Position numbers and translations under genes: made by a program. Shown piece by piece: positions 19,360 through 28,604 of a DNA stretch of 64,000 nt (positions are counted from its first letter, which is position 1; each line of letters opens with the position of its first letter). The stretch comes from a virus (lineage: Duplodnaviria; Caudoviricetes), in the IMG/VR virus record IMGVR_UViG_3300046674_000204, positions 764-64,763 of that record. One strand, given 5' to 3'. The notes under the pieces are model-generated. The model did no database searches. It saw nothing but the letters and a program-made list of their open reading frames with translations, and was not told the origin of the DNA.

Positions 19360-20184
19360 TCAGCTAAAGCCTTTGATGACGGGCCGGCCAACACATTTGC
19401 AGTTGATCAGCTCACCAGGTTGGATCTTGTGACCAACCGCAGGGTCATACCAACCCTCTGAAATCTTGTATCGTGTCTGCTCGCGTCCGGCCTTCAGATG
19501 CGTGGGCCTAGGCTCTCGCCCCCCACCGCTATGCACCCATACAGCCTCATCCAGCCCCAACTCGATCTGGCGCGCCCGTGAGAGCGATGCTGTGGCCTTA
19601 TTGTTCTGGTCTCTGCTGATCAAGGCAGCGCGTCTCCGCGTCACCCCCAGCCGCTCCTGTAGTTCCTTCGAGACAACCCCGAGGTCGCGCCCGTTCTGGA
19701 CGCCACGCATCACGATCCCCTCTACCTGAGAGAGATATTGCTGCGGAATGCTTTTGATCAGGGCGACATTCTCATGGACCGTCGCATCGATCACGTCTCG
19801 CATGGCCGGCGTAATCTGAAAGGACACGGTCCAGCCGCCATCCTTCATGATCTTTTTCATTGCGGCAGTTGATCGCTTCTCCACCGACTGGGTGAAGTGC
19901 TCGGCCAACTTGGTCGACATCTCATCGAACCGCTTCAGCCAGCGCTTAGACAGGTCTTTCATCGATCGGCGCAGCGCGTCGGCCGGCGTCTCATCTTCCG
20001 CGATGATTCTCGGCGTGTTCTGGCGATAGGTTGCGGTCAGCCAGTATTCGACCGAAGCAGCCATCTCTCGGATCAGCGCATCAAGGCGGCGGCGATATTC
20101 AGCCTCAATCCCGGCATTTGGATGGATCGGCCTCAGGACGGTCTCTGCGGCCTTTGGCGTCTTCCGCCTCATCCTGCTTGCCAA
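19360..20184 (-). CDS. Phage head morphogenesis protein (MuF / SPP1 gp7-like)
   Basis: RAALISRDQNNK...WVHS...PRPTH...PGELINCKC. Confidence 0.85.
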   Translation of the reverse strand: MASRMRRKTPKAAETVLRPIHPNAGIEAEYRRRLDALIREMAASVEYWLTATYRQNTPRIIAEDETPADALRRSMKDLSKRWLKRFDEMSTKLAEHFTQSVEKRSTAAMKKIMKDGGWTVSFQITPAMRDVIDATVHENVALIKSIPQQYLSQVEGIVMRGVQNGRDLGVVSKELQERLGVTRRRAALISRDQNNKATASLSRARQIELGLDEAVWVHSGGGREPRPTHLKAGREQTRYKISEGWYDPAVGHKIQPGELINCKCVGRPVIKGFS

Positions 20185-20274
20185 CGGGCTTCTCCGGCTT
20201 CTCTAGGCTCTCTGGTATGGGTTCGCGTGCCTGTGGCTCGCGTGCATTTATCACATCCCATAAGTCGAGTTTGA

Positions 20275-20457
20275 TCACGTCGTCGGCGCCTCGTTGTCGG
20301 AAGAGTCGTTATCTTCGGTTTGGGGCGGCGTGACAACCCCAGCCGCGTTTACAAACTGCTCGAGGCTGAGAACGGCTCGGATGATGGTATCCGGATCGTC
20401 ATGGGTTCGGGAGCAGAGCTCAAGAAGGCGAAGGCGGACTTCTACGACATCCATCAC
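20275..20457 (-). CDS. Hypothetical protein
   Basis: 60-aa ORF whose start overlaps the portal stop (GTGA). Confidence 0.5.
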   Translation of the reverse strand: MMDVVEVRLRLLELCSRTHDDPDTIIRAVLSLEQFVNAAGVVTPPQTEDNDSSDNEAPTT

Positions 20458-22028
20458 GCGGCTTCCTTGTCAGTTATCTCTTCGGCCTTGAACATCGATC
20501 CGACAGCACTCCCGGCTCCCTTGGGCACCAGACCCTCCTCTTCCTCTTCGAGAAGGTCAGGAACGTCTTCGACATCGATTGAGGAGTAATCGGAGCCTGG
20601 ATCATTCGCGACACGCTTGCGGGATTCGTCGGGGGCAAGCACGCCGGAGTCGATCAGGATCTGGTCAGTCTCCGCCTTCAGCTTCTCGACTTCGGCCTCG
20701 CTCTTCTCATCAAGCGAGAACAACGGCTTGAACTGGAAATCGATAGTGTCGTCTATCTCACCCCACAGGGAAAGCATGACGAGACCCATCAACCGGCGGA
20801 TCGGGTTGCGGAACAGATGCTCCTGGTAAGCATGGATGTAATCGTAGAACACCCGCATCTGATCTTCCGATGATGCGTTCAGACCAGCAGGCTGGATGCC
20901 GAGAAGCTTGACGGTCGGAATATGGCTTACCGAGGCCATGTGCTCTTGTGCCTGCGCCTGCAACCCTTCCAGGCCGGCGAGAGAAGCCGACACATTCTGG
21001 AACTCCTCGCTGTCCTTATCGATCATCATAAGCCCGCGGTTATCCCGCAGGTTATTGAACAGTTCAGCCCGTTTGAACAACTGCTGACCATCGGCCTGCA
21101 ACGATTCTCCAAGGTTCGTGGAAAGCACGAAGACCGAGAAGGCCGAGATAATATCGTTGACCGACTGACGCGTTTGCAGCCAGTTGTCCACGTATGGCTT
21201 GGCCATCTGGGACAGTGACAGGCCGCCGAACGAATAGGTCGGCTTCAAAAGGTCGGGGACCTCGCGACCAATCAACGTGATGAGCCGCGACGAGTGAACG
21301 ATCTTCGACTGGACATACCAGCTATCCGGCCGATACCAGTTATCTTTCAACGGGTCGTTCGAATTGTAGCTCGTCGGATAGCACCAGACTGCCTCAACGG
21401 TACGTAGAGATTCGATGGGTTTCTTGCTGATCTTCGTCTTGCTGAGCTCGTCCCAGCCGTCACCAATCGACTTCTGAAGCTCAGCGGTGTCATCTGTATC
21501 GCCGGTATCAATGTAGATGTGCCCGCGGCCGAAGAACCCGTCTTGCTGGGTGGCCCGAGCGAACATATCTGAAACCTTCAGACGCTTGAATTCCGCCTCG
21601 ATCTCCTTGAGACGATCTGTCTTCATGTCATCGTCATCGGCCGAAGATGTGAATTCGATCCACTCCCTCGTCATTTCCGTTGCGATGGTCTCGGAAATAA
21701 CCCGGTATTCCGGACGTTGGGCAAGTTCGCTCAGGTAGGCATAGCCTAGGAACGTGATGCCTTCGGTCCAAAACCCACTGATTGCAAAGCTATTGGCCCA
21801 CTCGTTATTGCCGGCCAGATCCGAATCCATCGCCATCCCCGCATCGCCAGAAGGCAGAACGCCGGGAGGGGCGGCGGGGATGCTGAACACAGGCACGGTA
21901 CGAACTTCACCGGGCCGAAACCTCGAGCTAGCCACGGCGCCATCGGGGACACGGAAGGGCTTGCGCTCTTCAGCCTTGGTCTCTTCAACCTTGGCCTCCT
22001 TGCGCCTAAACCAGTCACGAATGCCCAT
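20454..22028 (-). CDS. Portal protein (DUF1073-like)
   Basis: FLGYAYLSELAQRPEYR, VHSSRL, IPTVKLLGIQPAGLNASS; follows the terminase large subunit. Confidence 0.88.
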   Translation of the reverse strand: MGIRDWFRRKEAKVEETKAEERKPFRVPDGAVASSRFRPGEVRTVPVFSIPAAPPGVLPSGDAGMAMDSDLAGNNEWANSFAISGFWTEGITFLGYAYLSELAQRPEYRVISETIATEMTREWIEFTSSADDDDMKTDRLKEIEAEFKRLKVSDMFARATQQDGFFGRGHIYIDTGDTDDTAELQKSIGDGWDELSKTKISKKPIESLRTVEAVWCYPTSYNSNDPLKDNWYRPDSWYVQSKIVHSSRLITLIGREVPDLLKPTYSFGGLSLSQMAKPYVDNWLQTRQSVNDIISAFSVFVLSTNLGESLQADGQQLFKRAELFNNLRDNRGLMMIDKDSEEFQNVSASLAGLEGLQAQAQEHMASVSHIPTVKLLGIQPAGLNASSEDQMRVFYDYIHAYQEHLFRNPIRRLMGLVMLSLWGEIDDTIDFQFKPLFSLDEKSEAEVEKLKAETDQILIDSGVLAPDESRKRVANDPGSDYSSIDVEDVPDLLEEEEEGLVPKGAGSAVGSMFKAEEITDKEAA

Positions 22029-22031
22029 CAA

Positions 22032-23573
22032 TTACCTCATCGCCGATCGGCGCAAAACCTCGTCGCTGATGACCAGCGGCTGTTTGATCTTCAACAGTTG
22101 CCCGAAAGCTCCCGACGATGCGTCTACCTGGTCCTTCAAGACCGCGCCGGGGAAGGCGCAGAGCTCATCGATGTAGTCCTGGTTCCAACCGTCATGTCTG
22201 ATCAGGTAGACGTTGCCGGCGGCGCACTGAGCAGCAAATGGTTCGGCACGCGTGAACTTGTCGCCACTTTCTGGCTCAACCACGATCTTGTATCCGGCGA
22301 ACGCAGCCACAAAGTCCTGAGCCTGCACCTTGCCGGCCTGTCCAGGATCTTGGGGCAGCGAGATCGTGACCTGCTTGCCGTCCACCTCGGCCGTCGTCTT
22401 GATGACCTTGCGGACACCGTTGCCGTCCCACCGGTCCTTGATGACGTGTCCGACGACATACCGTCCATCAGGGGTTCGCCCGAGTTTGACGCCGGCAGTG
22501 CGGGCTCCTTGGCCCTTCTTCGTCGCCGCCAAGTCCCAGTGACGCACCCAGACCGTGCCCGGCGGCGCTGCTTCAATGATCTGGTCTACGAACCATTCCC
22601 GCTTGAACAGGCCGCCTTCACGCGCCGTGGGGCGTTGTTGGTACTGACCGGCCCAAGAAAAACTGATGCTTTTCAGAATGTCCACCGACGATTGCGGCAT
22701 ACGAACCGGGTCCATCAGCTCGCCGTCAAAGCTACGCGGATCTGTCCACGGCAACGAAGTGGAGCAAGCCCGTTCAGGCTCAAACTCCATCGGGATCATG
22801 ATGTGGACGAATCCTAGCTGCCTGGCAAGCAATGCGCCGGTCAGATCGTTTTCATGCAAACGCTGCATCACGACGACAATGGCCGATGTCTGCTGGTCAT
22901 TAAGTCGGTTCAAACCGCCCTCAAGGAACAGCCTGACCGCTTCACCACGCTGCTGGTCGCTCTCGGCGCCCTTCAGCGAATGAGGGTCATCGATAACAAC
23001 CCGGTCACCGCGTTTACCGGTGATAGACGAGAATGGGACGCCTTCACGCGTTCCTCGATCACTGTTGGCGAACGAGAGTTCCGCCGCCCTCTTCATCTTC
23101 ACTTCGGGCCAAAGCGACTGAAACCACTCGCTCATGACCAGATCGCGGGTATTACGGGTATCGCGCTTGACGTTCTCCAACTCGAATGAGGTCGTCAGGA
23201 ACCGATTGGATCGCTTTCCGCAAGGCCCCCATTCCCATGCCTGCCACAGCACGGAGACAATTCTCGACTTCGAAGAGCCTGGCGGCACGTTGATGATGAG
23301 CCATGGCGTCAGTGTTCCGAGGGTGATTGCCTCGAGATGGTCACACATGCACGCCATGTGCCAGGACCATTTCAGCGGTGTATTCGGTTCGAGGACATGC
23401 CAAGCCTCTTTGACAAAGCCCGAGAACGTTCGGCATGCCGCCCGGATGCGATCCGCATCAAAGGCAATACGCTGTCTTTCTTTGTCAGCCTGCTCTAGCC
23501 GTTCGCGCTCAGCCCGCTTTCGATTTCGAGCATCGAGGAGCGCAAGATATTCACGCTTCTCCTGAAGGCTCAT
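22032..23573 (-). CDS. terL: Terminase large subunit
   Basis: NVPPGSSKS Walker A, VVIDDP Walker B, MQRLHENDL, QYQQRP, WDLAAT and DQVDA nuclease motifs; start could be 23615. Confidence 0.92.
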   Translation of the reverse strand: MSLQEKREYLALLDARNRKRAERERLEQADKERQRIAFDADRIRAACRTFSGFVKEAWHVLEPNTPLKWSWHMACMCDHLEAITLGTLTPWLIINVPPGSSKSRIVSVLWQAWEWGPCGKRSNRFLTTSFELENVKRDTRNTRDLVMSEWFQSLWPEVKMKRAAELSFANSDRGTREGVPFSSITGKRGDRVVIDDPHSLKGAESDQQRGEAVRLFLEGGLNRLNDQQTSAIVVVMQRLHENDLTGALLARQLGFVHIMIPMEFEPERACSTSLPWTDPRSFDGELMDPVRMPQSSVDILKSISFSWAGQYQQRPTAREGGLFKREWFVDQIIEAAPPGTVWVRHWDLAATKKGQGARTAGVKLGRTPDGRYVVGHVIKDRWDGNGVRKVIKTTAEVDGKQVTISLPQDPGQAGKVQAQDFVAAFAGYKIVVEPESGDKFTRAEPFAAQCAAGNVYLIRHDGWNQDYIDELCAFPGAVLKDQVDASSGAFGQLLKIKQPLVISDEVLRRSAMR

Positions 23574-23994
23574 CCTCGCCAACGCCTGAGACAATGGCGG
23601 CGATGCGAGCATCAATCTCTTCCTCAGTCATATTGGCATATTCGATAGGGCCACCGTTTCGGCCGGTGTGTTCCTGCTTGGTCGGCGCATAACTACCCTG
23701 CATCTTATTGGCCTCAGCGATGGCAGCGATGGCCGTACGACGGTCGTCGGCTGCGGAGGCGTCGAAGATAGTCTTGAGAGCCATAAGCCTGTCAGCGGCG
23801 CTCCACTCGGCTTTCTCGGCCACTCTATTCTTGATCTCATCTACCCGAGAGGTGATGTGGCCTTTTGTGGCCAACCTGGCAGCGTGGTGGCGATCCGGCT
23901 TGTACCCGGCTTCCTCGTAGGCATCAGTGGCGGTCTTGCCTTTGGCGAGCGCGTGAGCAAACCGTTCATGCCGTGCGTTTTTTAGGACTGGCAT
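23551..23994 (-). CDS. terS: Terminase small subunit
   Basis: LKNARHERFAHALAKG...AYEEAGY...AARL HTH; EHTGRNGGPI tail. Confidence 0.85.
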   Translation of the reverse strand: MPVLKNARHERFAHALAKGKTATDAYEEAGYKPDRHHAARLATKGHITSRVDEIKNRVAEKAEWSAADRLMALKTIFDASAADDRRTAIAAIAEANKMQGSYAPTKQEHTGRNGGPIEYANMTEEEIDARIAAIVSGVGEDEPSGEA

Positions 23995-24485
23995 GATTTA
24001 CCTACTGGTCTTCCTCGCCACAGTCACCAATCGACGGCAATCCCCGAGAACCGAGTTTAGCGCGTGGCCGCTGGCTATGCCGCCAGTCATCGGGTATGGC
24101 ATGCCCTCTTGCTTGAGGACTGCGATGAGGTTGTCGACCTCGGCTTGCTTCTCATGTTCGGTCATTCGAAACCGTCTTGATATATGTCTTCACGAACCAG
24201 TTGGACGGCAGGATCAGGAGGAACGGATAGACCAGCAGCGCGGTCGGCTTTGCGCACATCATGAACCTGAGCCATGAGCGCAATTCTGCGCAGACCACAA
24301 ACGAGATATTCTCTTGCGCCATCACCACCTCCTGAACCTAACCCGCCACCGGGGCCCGCTCATGCTGGTATCCCGTGGCATCCCTATCGGTCTCTCCGTC
24401 AGCCAGTTGGGGCGATGGAAGAGGGATTGGAGCCAGTTCATAGAATATTATTTCTATTTAGGGCGCGACATTGCGGTAGAATTTT

Positions 24486-25022
24486 CTAAAAATCATAAGA
24501 AATTCCATTCGCGCACATGATGCGGTCAATATGGCGAGCGGCCTCATCCAGAGTTTCATGGAACCATTCGGCTCCAAAGGCGCGAGGAGCCTCAAATGTT
24601 TGAAGAATATGCGCCTCAAGTCTTTCCAGATCCACAAACTCTTCATTGATGCAAAATACGCGCTCTTCAATGATTGCATCGCCGGGTGACAAATCCCAGT
24701 TAGCATAAGCCCGTCGTCTGGATGACCATTTTCGGGTCATTCCAATCTTTACCTTGTTCGGGTGTTGTTTCACGACAACTGCATATATGTACAACCCGCT
24801 TCTGCCCGCAGGAGTGAAGTCATGGATGATACTCTGTTTCCTAGCTGGCCTTAGCGCCTCCAGCCGCTTCACATTCTTCTTAATTATTTTTGGCGAGGCA
24901 TTCGCGCTACTACGCGGGACTATACACTTGATACAGACGAAAGACTCGACAGAATCGTGGCTATAACCGCTCTGTTTGCCGCATACCGTACAGACGGCGG
25001 CGTGAATAACTCCGCTACTCAT
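24486..25022 (-). CDS. T5orf172 / GIY-YIG-family nuclease
   Basis: YIYAV...VKIGMT...LERLEAHIL...EWF; ATG at 25022 with AGGA RBS. Confidence 0.75.
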   Translation of the reverse strand: MSSGVIHAAVCTVCGKQSGYSHDSVESFVCIKCIVPRSSANASPKIIKKNVKRLEALRPARKQSIIHDFTPAGRSGLYIYAVVVKQHPNKVKIGMTRKWSSRRRAYANWDLSPGDAIIEERVFCINEEFVDLERLEAHILQTFEAPRAFGAEWFHETLDEAARHIDRIMCANGISYDF

Positions 25023-25044
25023 ATGTGTTCCTAGTGGATATCGC

Positions 25045-25311
25045 TTAACACCGCTGCCGAACAATTTCAGACCCAACAACCAGCACCGTTCCATCCTTGG
25101 CCGTGATCATCCACGTCACGCGCTTTGGTGCTCTGGGGTGGGCGAAGCATGGCGGAACGTCAGAAACCGCGTCTATGGCCCGCTGTGGGGCCGGGAGAGC
25201 CATGTCAGGCTTTGTCTGAGCCTGTTTGGCGTACCCCATGGCAACGAGGACGAGGTAGATGCTAAAGGCGATGCCGATCGGAGCCGATGCAATGAACAGA
25301 CGGCGCAGCAT
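25045..25311 (-). CDS. Hypothetical membrane protein
   Basis: N-terminal hydrophobic helix; TGATG coupling to upstream ORF. Confidence 0.5.
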   Translation of the reverse strand: MLRRLFIASAPIGIAFSIYLVLVAMGYAKQAQTKPDMALPAPQRAIDAVSDVPPCFAHPRAPKRVTWMITAKDGTVLVVGSEIVRQRC

Positions 25312-25526
25312 CAGTTCAGCCAAACCAGTTTCAGCTCACGCTTATGAGCATAGAAGAACACATCGCTGCGGGTATCCGTCACAACTTCCGCATCGCCATC
25401 GCTGTTGAACAAGACCCAGCATAGCCGGCCGTCTTCCGCAGTGGCTCGGCGCATGTAACAGCAGTGATCGAGGCTGGCGAAATCGGCGTTGTCTCTCAGA
25501 ACGGAGGCGGTTTGATTTTCAACCAT
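25311..25526 (-). CDS. Hypothetical protein
   Basis: 71-aa ORF with GAGG RBS. Confidence 0.55.
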   Translation of the reverse strand: MVENQTASVLRDNADFASLDHCCYMRRATAEDGRLCWVLFNSDGDAEVVTDTRSDVFFYAHKRELKLVWLN

Positions 25527-25550
25527 GCTTGCCTCTCGATTGTGAAACGC

Positions 25551-25579
25551 AAAAGACCGACCAGCAGTTATGCCGATCG
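25551..25579 (-). terminator. Intrinsic terminator candidate after the RNA cluster
   Basis: CGAUCGGCA-UAAC-UGCUGGUCG hairpin followed by GUCUUUU. Confidence 0.5.
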
Positions 25580-25643
25580 TGCTTCAAAATGACCTACCTG
25601 ATGCGCTTCTGTGAGAGGCGTGGCGAGTTCTGTTTCATGCAAT

Positions 25644-26000
25644 TGGTACCGGGAAGCCATGCCGTGGCATGGGCGGATATATGTCACCTCTTCCCGATCT
25701 GCTTCGCGCCCCTGGCTCAGGATTGCCGTTTCCGGCCTACAGGCTATACCTGATCTGAGGTGTTCCAGCGCTTGCGCGAATTGCTCTGCGTGCCCGACGA
25801 CCAGCCCGGGGGTTAAGACGATCTAGGGCGTCCCCTCACGCATACTCGTTGCCTTGCGGCGAATTGCTGGCCGGCGTCCAATGGCCGGCCTTGGTGGCTA
25901 TGACTGGCTTCGACCCGCCCGCTAAGTCCCACCGTACGATATTGAGGCGACAAGGACTGGCGAGACATCAAAGCCTGTAGTCTCGCCGGCATTCGCCTCG
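25644..26000 (-). ncRNA. Cluster of candidate structured RNAs downstream of tRNA-Gly
   Basis: No convincing ORF; several long stems (GAGGCGA/UCGCCUC, GGCGAGAC/GUCUCGCC, GGUGG/CCACC, UGCGUG/CACGCA, CACCUC/GAGGUG); units end in CAAUU-like linkers. Confidence 0.5.
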
Positions 26001-26003
26001 AAT

Positions 26004-26075
26004 TGGAGCGGCGACCCGGAATCGAACCGGGCTTTTCACCTTGGAAGGGTGGTTCCTCACCTTGAGGATCGCTGC
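26004..26075 (-). tRNA. tRNA-Gly(TCC), 72 nt, compact D-arm, encoded CCA
   Basis: GCAGCGA...CCUC AAGGU GAGG...CACC CUUCCAA GGUG...CCCGG UUCGAUU CCGGG UCGCCGC U CCA; U discriminator fits Gly. Confidence 0.8.
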
Positions 26076-26082
26076 GTATTCT

Positions 26083-26754
26083 CTATGCCGCCCGCTGCTT
26101 GCGCTTTTCAGCGTCTCGTTGGCGTCGACGTTCGTTCTGTAGGTCAGCCCATTCGAACGATTGAAGCCCCTGATCGAAATCGCAGGCCATCGGCCTTGCG
26201 TCAGGCGCTCTCCAAAAATTGGGCGCGTCATTCGTGATGTTAACGTCTTTATCGCCGATTTCTGGGGTAAGCTGCAAGCTGGCAGATATACCAATTTCGT
26301 TATGTTGCGGCGCGCTACAATTCAAAGCCGTATATATTTCAATGATTGCCCGATTTTTCCGCTCAAGAGCGTAGTTGCGGCTGAACCGGACCATGTTGCC
26401 CGAGACATCCTTGAACCCCTCTCGACACCACTTGCTGAAGGATTTACCGCCTGCCTTGGCGATGGCCCAGTGCCATAGGCAATGACGATCCCGCGATTTA
26501 CTGACGAGGACAATCAGAGCATTCGCCAGTTCCCATTTGGAAACATCGGAGGTGCGCAGCCGGGTTGTCTTGTGCGAGAGGAAGTCGGCGCGCTCCTCGG
26601 CATATCTCTCAGCGCCCCATCCAGCCACGTCGGCTTGCGAATGGTAGTATTGGATAGCTTGAGCCTTCAGCCGCGCTGGACGGGCTGTATCAGGCAGTCT
26701 GTGGTCCGTCTCGGCCGCCTGAATGAACAACTCTTCAATCTGATCACGGGTCAT
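26083..26754 (-). CDS. Putative late-gene regulator (Q-position protein)
   Basis: Last gene of the replication operon, ahead of the tRNA and terminase; function inferred from position only. Confidence 0.5.
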   Translation of the reverse strand: MTRDQIEELFIQAAETDHRLPDTARPARLKAQAIQYYHSQADVAGWGAERYAEERADFLSHKTTRLRTSDVSKWELANALIVLVSKSRDRHCLWHWAIAKAGGKSFSKWCREGFKDVSGNMVRFSRNYALERKNRAIIEIYTALNCSAPQHNEIGISASLQLTPEIGDKDVNITNDAPNFWRAPDARPMACDFDQGLQSFEWADLQNERRRQRDAEKRKQRAA

Positions 26755-27230
26755 GCTCTTCTCCTGTCGCTCAATAGGTCGCCTTGGCCGGCCATTGGGC
26801 CGAAAAGGTAATACGCTCTCTCGTAAAGCATTCCGATGATGGCTCGTCGCTTGCTGGTAACGCCTTCGAGGTCAAGGGCGATGTGCTGAATATATCCAAC
26901 TGGCGTTTGATCCCAGAAGCCATACCAACGGTCTAGATCGTGCTCCATAATGGTCGGATAGTTCTTTTTGAAAGCTCTGACCATATCTGAGCAAACCCAG
27001 AATATTGTCTCGTCCAATAGCACACGGTTATTGGCGGTCTCTGCTAATGTCCCAACAACAAAACGCATATGATCGAGACCGTGCTTACGCTTGATCTTCT
27101 CAAGGGTGATCGGAGCCCTCGTCTGTCCAATCTGCGGCACGACATTCGCCGGGATGATCTGGACGCCGAACTCGGCACATACCGCCTGGACATCAGGATC
27201 TATCACCGAATCCTCTCCCGTATCGGCCAT
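26751..27230 (-). CDS. Hypothetical phage protein
   Basis: ATGA-coupled ORF; likely start MADTGEDS. Confidence 0.6.
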   Translation of the reverse strand: MADTGEDSVIDPDVQAVCAEFGVQIIPANVVPQIGQTRAPITLEKIKRKHGLDHMRFVVGTLAETANNRVLLDETIFWVCSDMVRAFKKNYPTIMEHDLDRWYGFWDQTPVGYIQHIALDLEGVTSKRRAIIGMLYERAYYLFGPMAGQGDLLSDRRRA

Positions 27231-27544
27231 CCCTGTTTCTGGCGTAGACGCCGGAAGGTCCGAGATGAAATATGAAACCGCTCGCAAATCGACTCGATGG
27301 GAGTTCCGCGCTCATAGGCGGCCTGGATCTCCGCTATGGTCAGAGGGTCCATTGCTATCTTGAACCCTTTGCGGATCGGCTTGTCGGTGGGAATGATTGT
27401 CCTCTTTGTGGGGCGGCCTCCCTTGCGCTCGGATATCCCGTTCTTTGGGTTCATGAGCCTTTGGCGGACTGCACGGGCTAATGCCTTGCAACGGGATTCG
27501 TAGGATTGTGGATCGATGGTTTTGGCTTCGAGCTGGATCATCAC
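27203..27544 (-). CDS. HTH-domain protein
   Basis: C-terminal EIQAAYERGTPIESICERFHISSRTFRRL HTH. Confidence 0.6.
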   Translation of the reverse strand: MMIQLEAKTIDPQSYESRCKALARAVRQRLMNPKNGISERKGGRPTKRTIIPTDKPIRKGFKIAMDPLTIAEIQAAYERGTPIESICERFHISSRTFRRLRQKQGWPIRERIR

Positions 27545-28308
27545 GCCCCCGGATATATGATAGAGGACGGCAGGCGGCACACACTACCGCGCGTAGGGCC
27601 GGCCAGAAGGCTTGTGATGGCGTCCGTCTGGCGATAGTCGCACTTGGGACAATTGAGGCCAGTGGACGTGGCTAGACCCGGAACATAGCGATCCTTGAAC
27701 GCTTCACGGTGCCCTTCGTGGCTACATTCATCGCAGCGCCACCGCATGCGCTCCCTCGCAGGCGGAGTTGGCGGCTTGAGGGTGCGTACTTCTCCGAACA
27801 TCACATCTTCATCGGCTTCGTCTGCCAACGAATGAAGGTGAGCGGCCACGGAAGCAGGTGTGTTCTTCAGCCAGACAGCATCGCACCATGTCTTGTCTCG
27901 GCATCTGCTTCCGATGAATCGGTTCCGCTTTTCACGCGGAAGGCAGTAGCGGTCCTTGAAAAGGACCCAATCCTTTTCGCCAAGGTGTCGGTTCAGTTCA
28001 TCAACAACGGATGTCCCGAAGAGAGCCTTCATGACCTCGTCAGATGCGACGTCATCGAGATTGTATCCAGACCAAGAATGCTTGGGGTCCATGGTCCACT
28101 TCGAACCAGAGTGGCCATGAGAGCCAGCGCCGTGGCCGGCAATCAAGGCTTGAACTTGGCGAAAACGGTCGCCGTTTGCATCAAGCCATGCGAGGTGAAA
28201 GCCGCCGACGTAGAGCGACAAGCTGTTGTGACGCCCTCCATAGCGTGTCTTTGACGAGGACATGGTAGCCGTCAGAGGCAGGAGGATTCGGGTGTCCACG
28301 ATGCTCAT
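27541..28308 (-). CDS. Hypothetical protein with C-terminal Zn ribbon
   Basis: CDEC...CPKC; coupled at both ends. Confidence 0.6.
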   Translation of the reverse strand: MSIVDTRILLPLTATMSSSKTRYGGRHNSLSLYVGGFHLAWLDANGDRFRQVQALIAGHGAGSHGHSGSKWTMDPKHSWSGYNLDDVASDEVMKALFGTSVVDELNRHLGEKDWVLFKDRYCLPREKRNRFIGSRCRDKTWCDAVWLKNTPASVAAHLHSLADEADEDVMFGEVRTLKPPTPPARERMRWRCDECSHEGHREAFKDRYVPGLATSTGLNCPKCDYRQTDAITSLLAGPTRGSVCRLPSSIIYPGA

Positions 28309-28604
28309 GCCGGCACCCTCCGGCGCTCGACTGCGATGACCTTCCCGCCACCCATGAAAATCTTCTCAGCAGCGGTTTTCGCGACGCTGTATTTTGTGCC
28401 GCCCATCGAAGATACCCCAGTGATAGGGCTGTTGAGGTATTTGAAAAACTCCTCATTGGCAGCTTTGAGAGCTTCGATCTCCGTCGGGAAGATGATGTCG
28501 TGACGGCCATTTCTCAGAACCGTGTTTTGGCTCTGGTGGACCTTGCGGTAATAAGCGATCCATCCAGTTTTGACGCGCTGTGCGCCCGCGGCGAACTCAT
28601 TCAT
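28305..28604 (-). CDS. Hypothetical phage protein
   Basis: ATGA-coupled 99-aa ORF. Confidence 0.6.
   Translation of the reverse strand: MNEFAAGAQRVKTGWIAYYRKVHQSQNTVLRNGRHDIIFPTEIEALKAANEEFFKYLNSPITGVSSMGGTKYSVAKTAAEKIFMGGGKVIAVERRRVPA

Noticed and set aside
25644-25780. Functional group I intron
   Set aside because: Only a P4-P6-like stretch matches; no P7 pair and no interrupted exon are identifiable. Kept only as an ncRNA candidate
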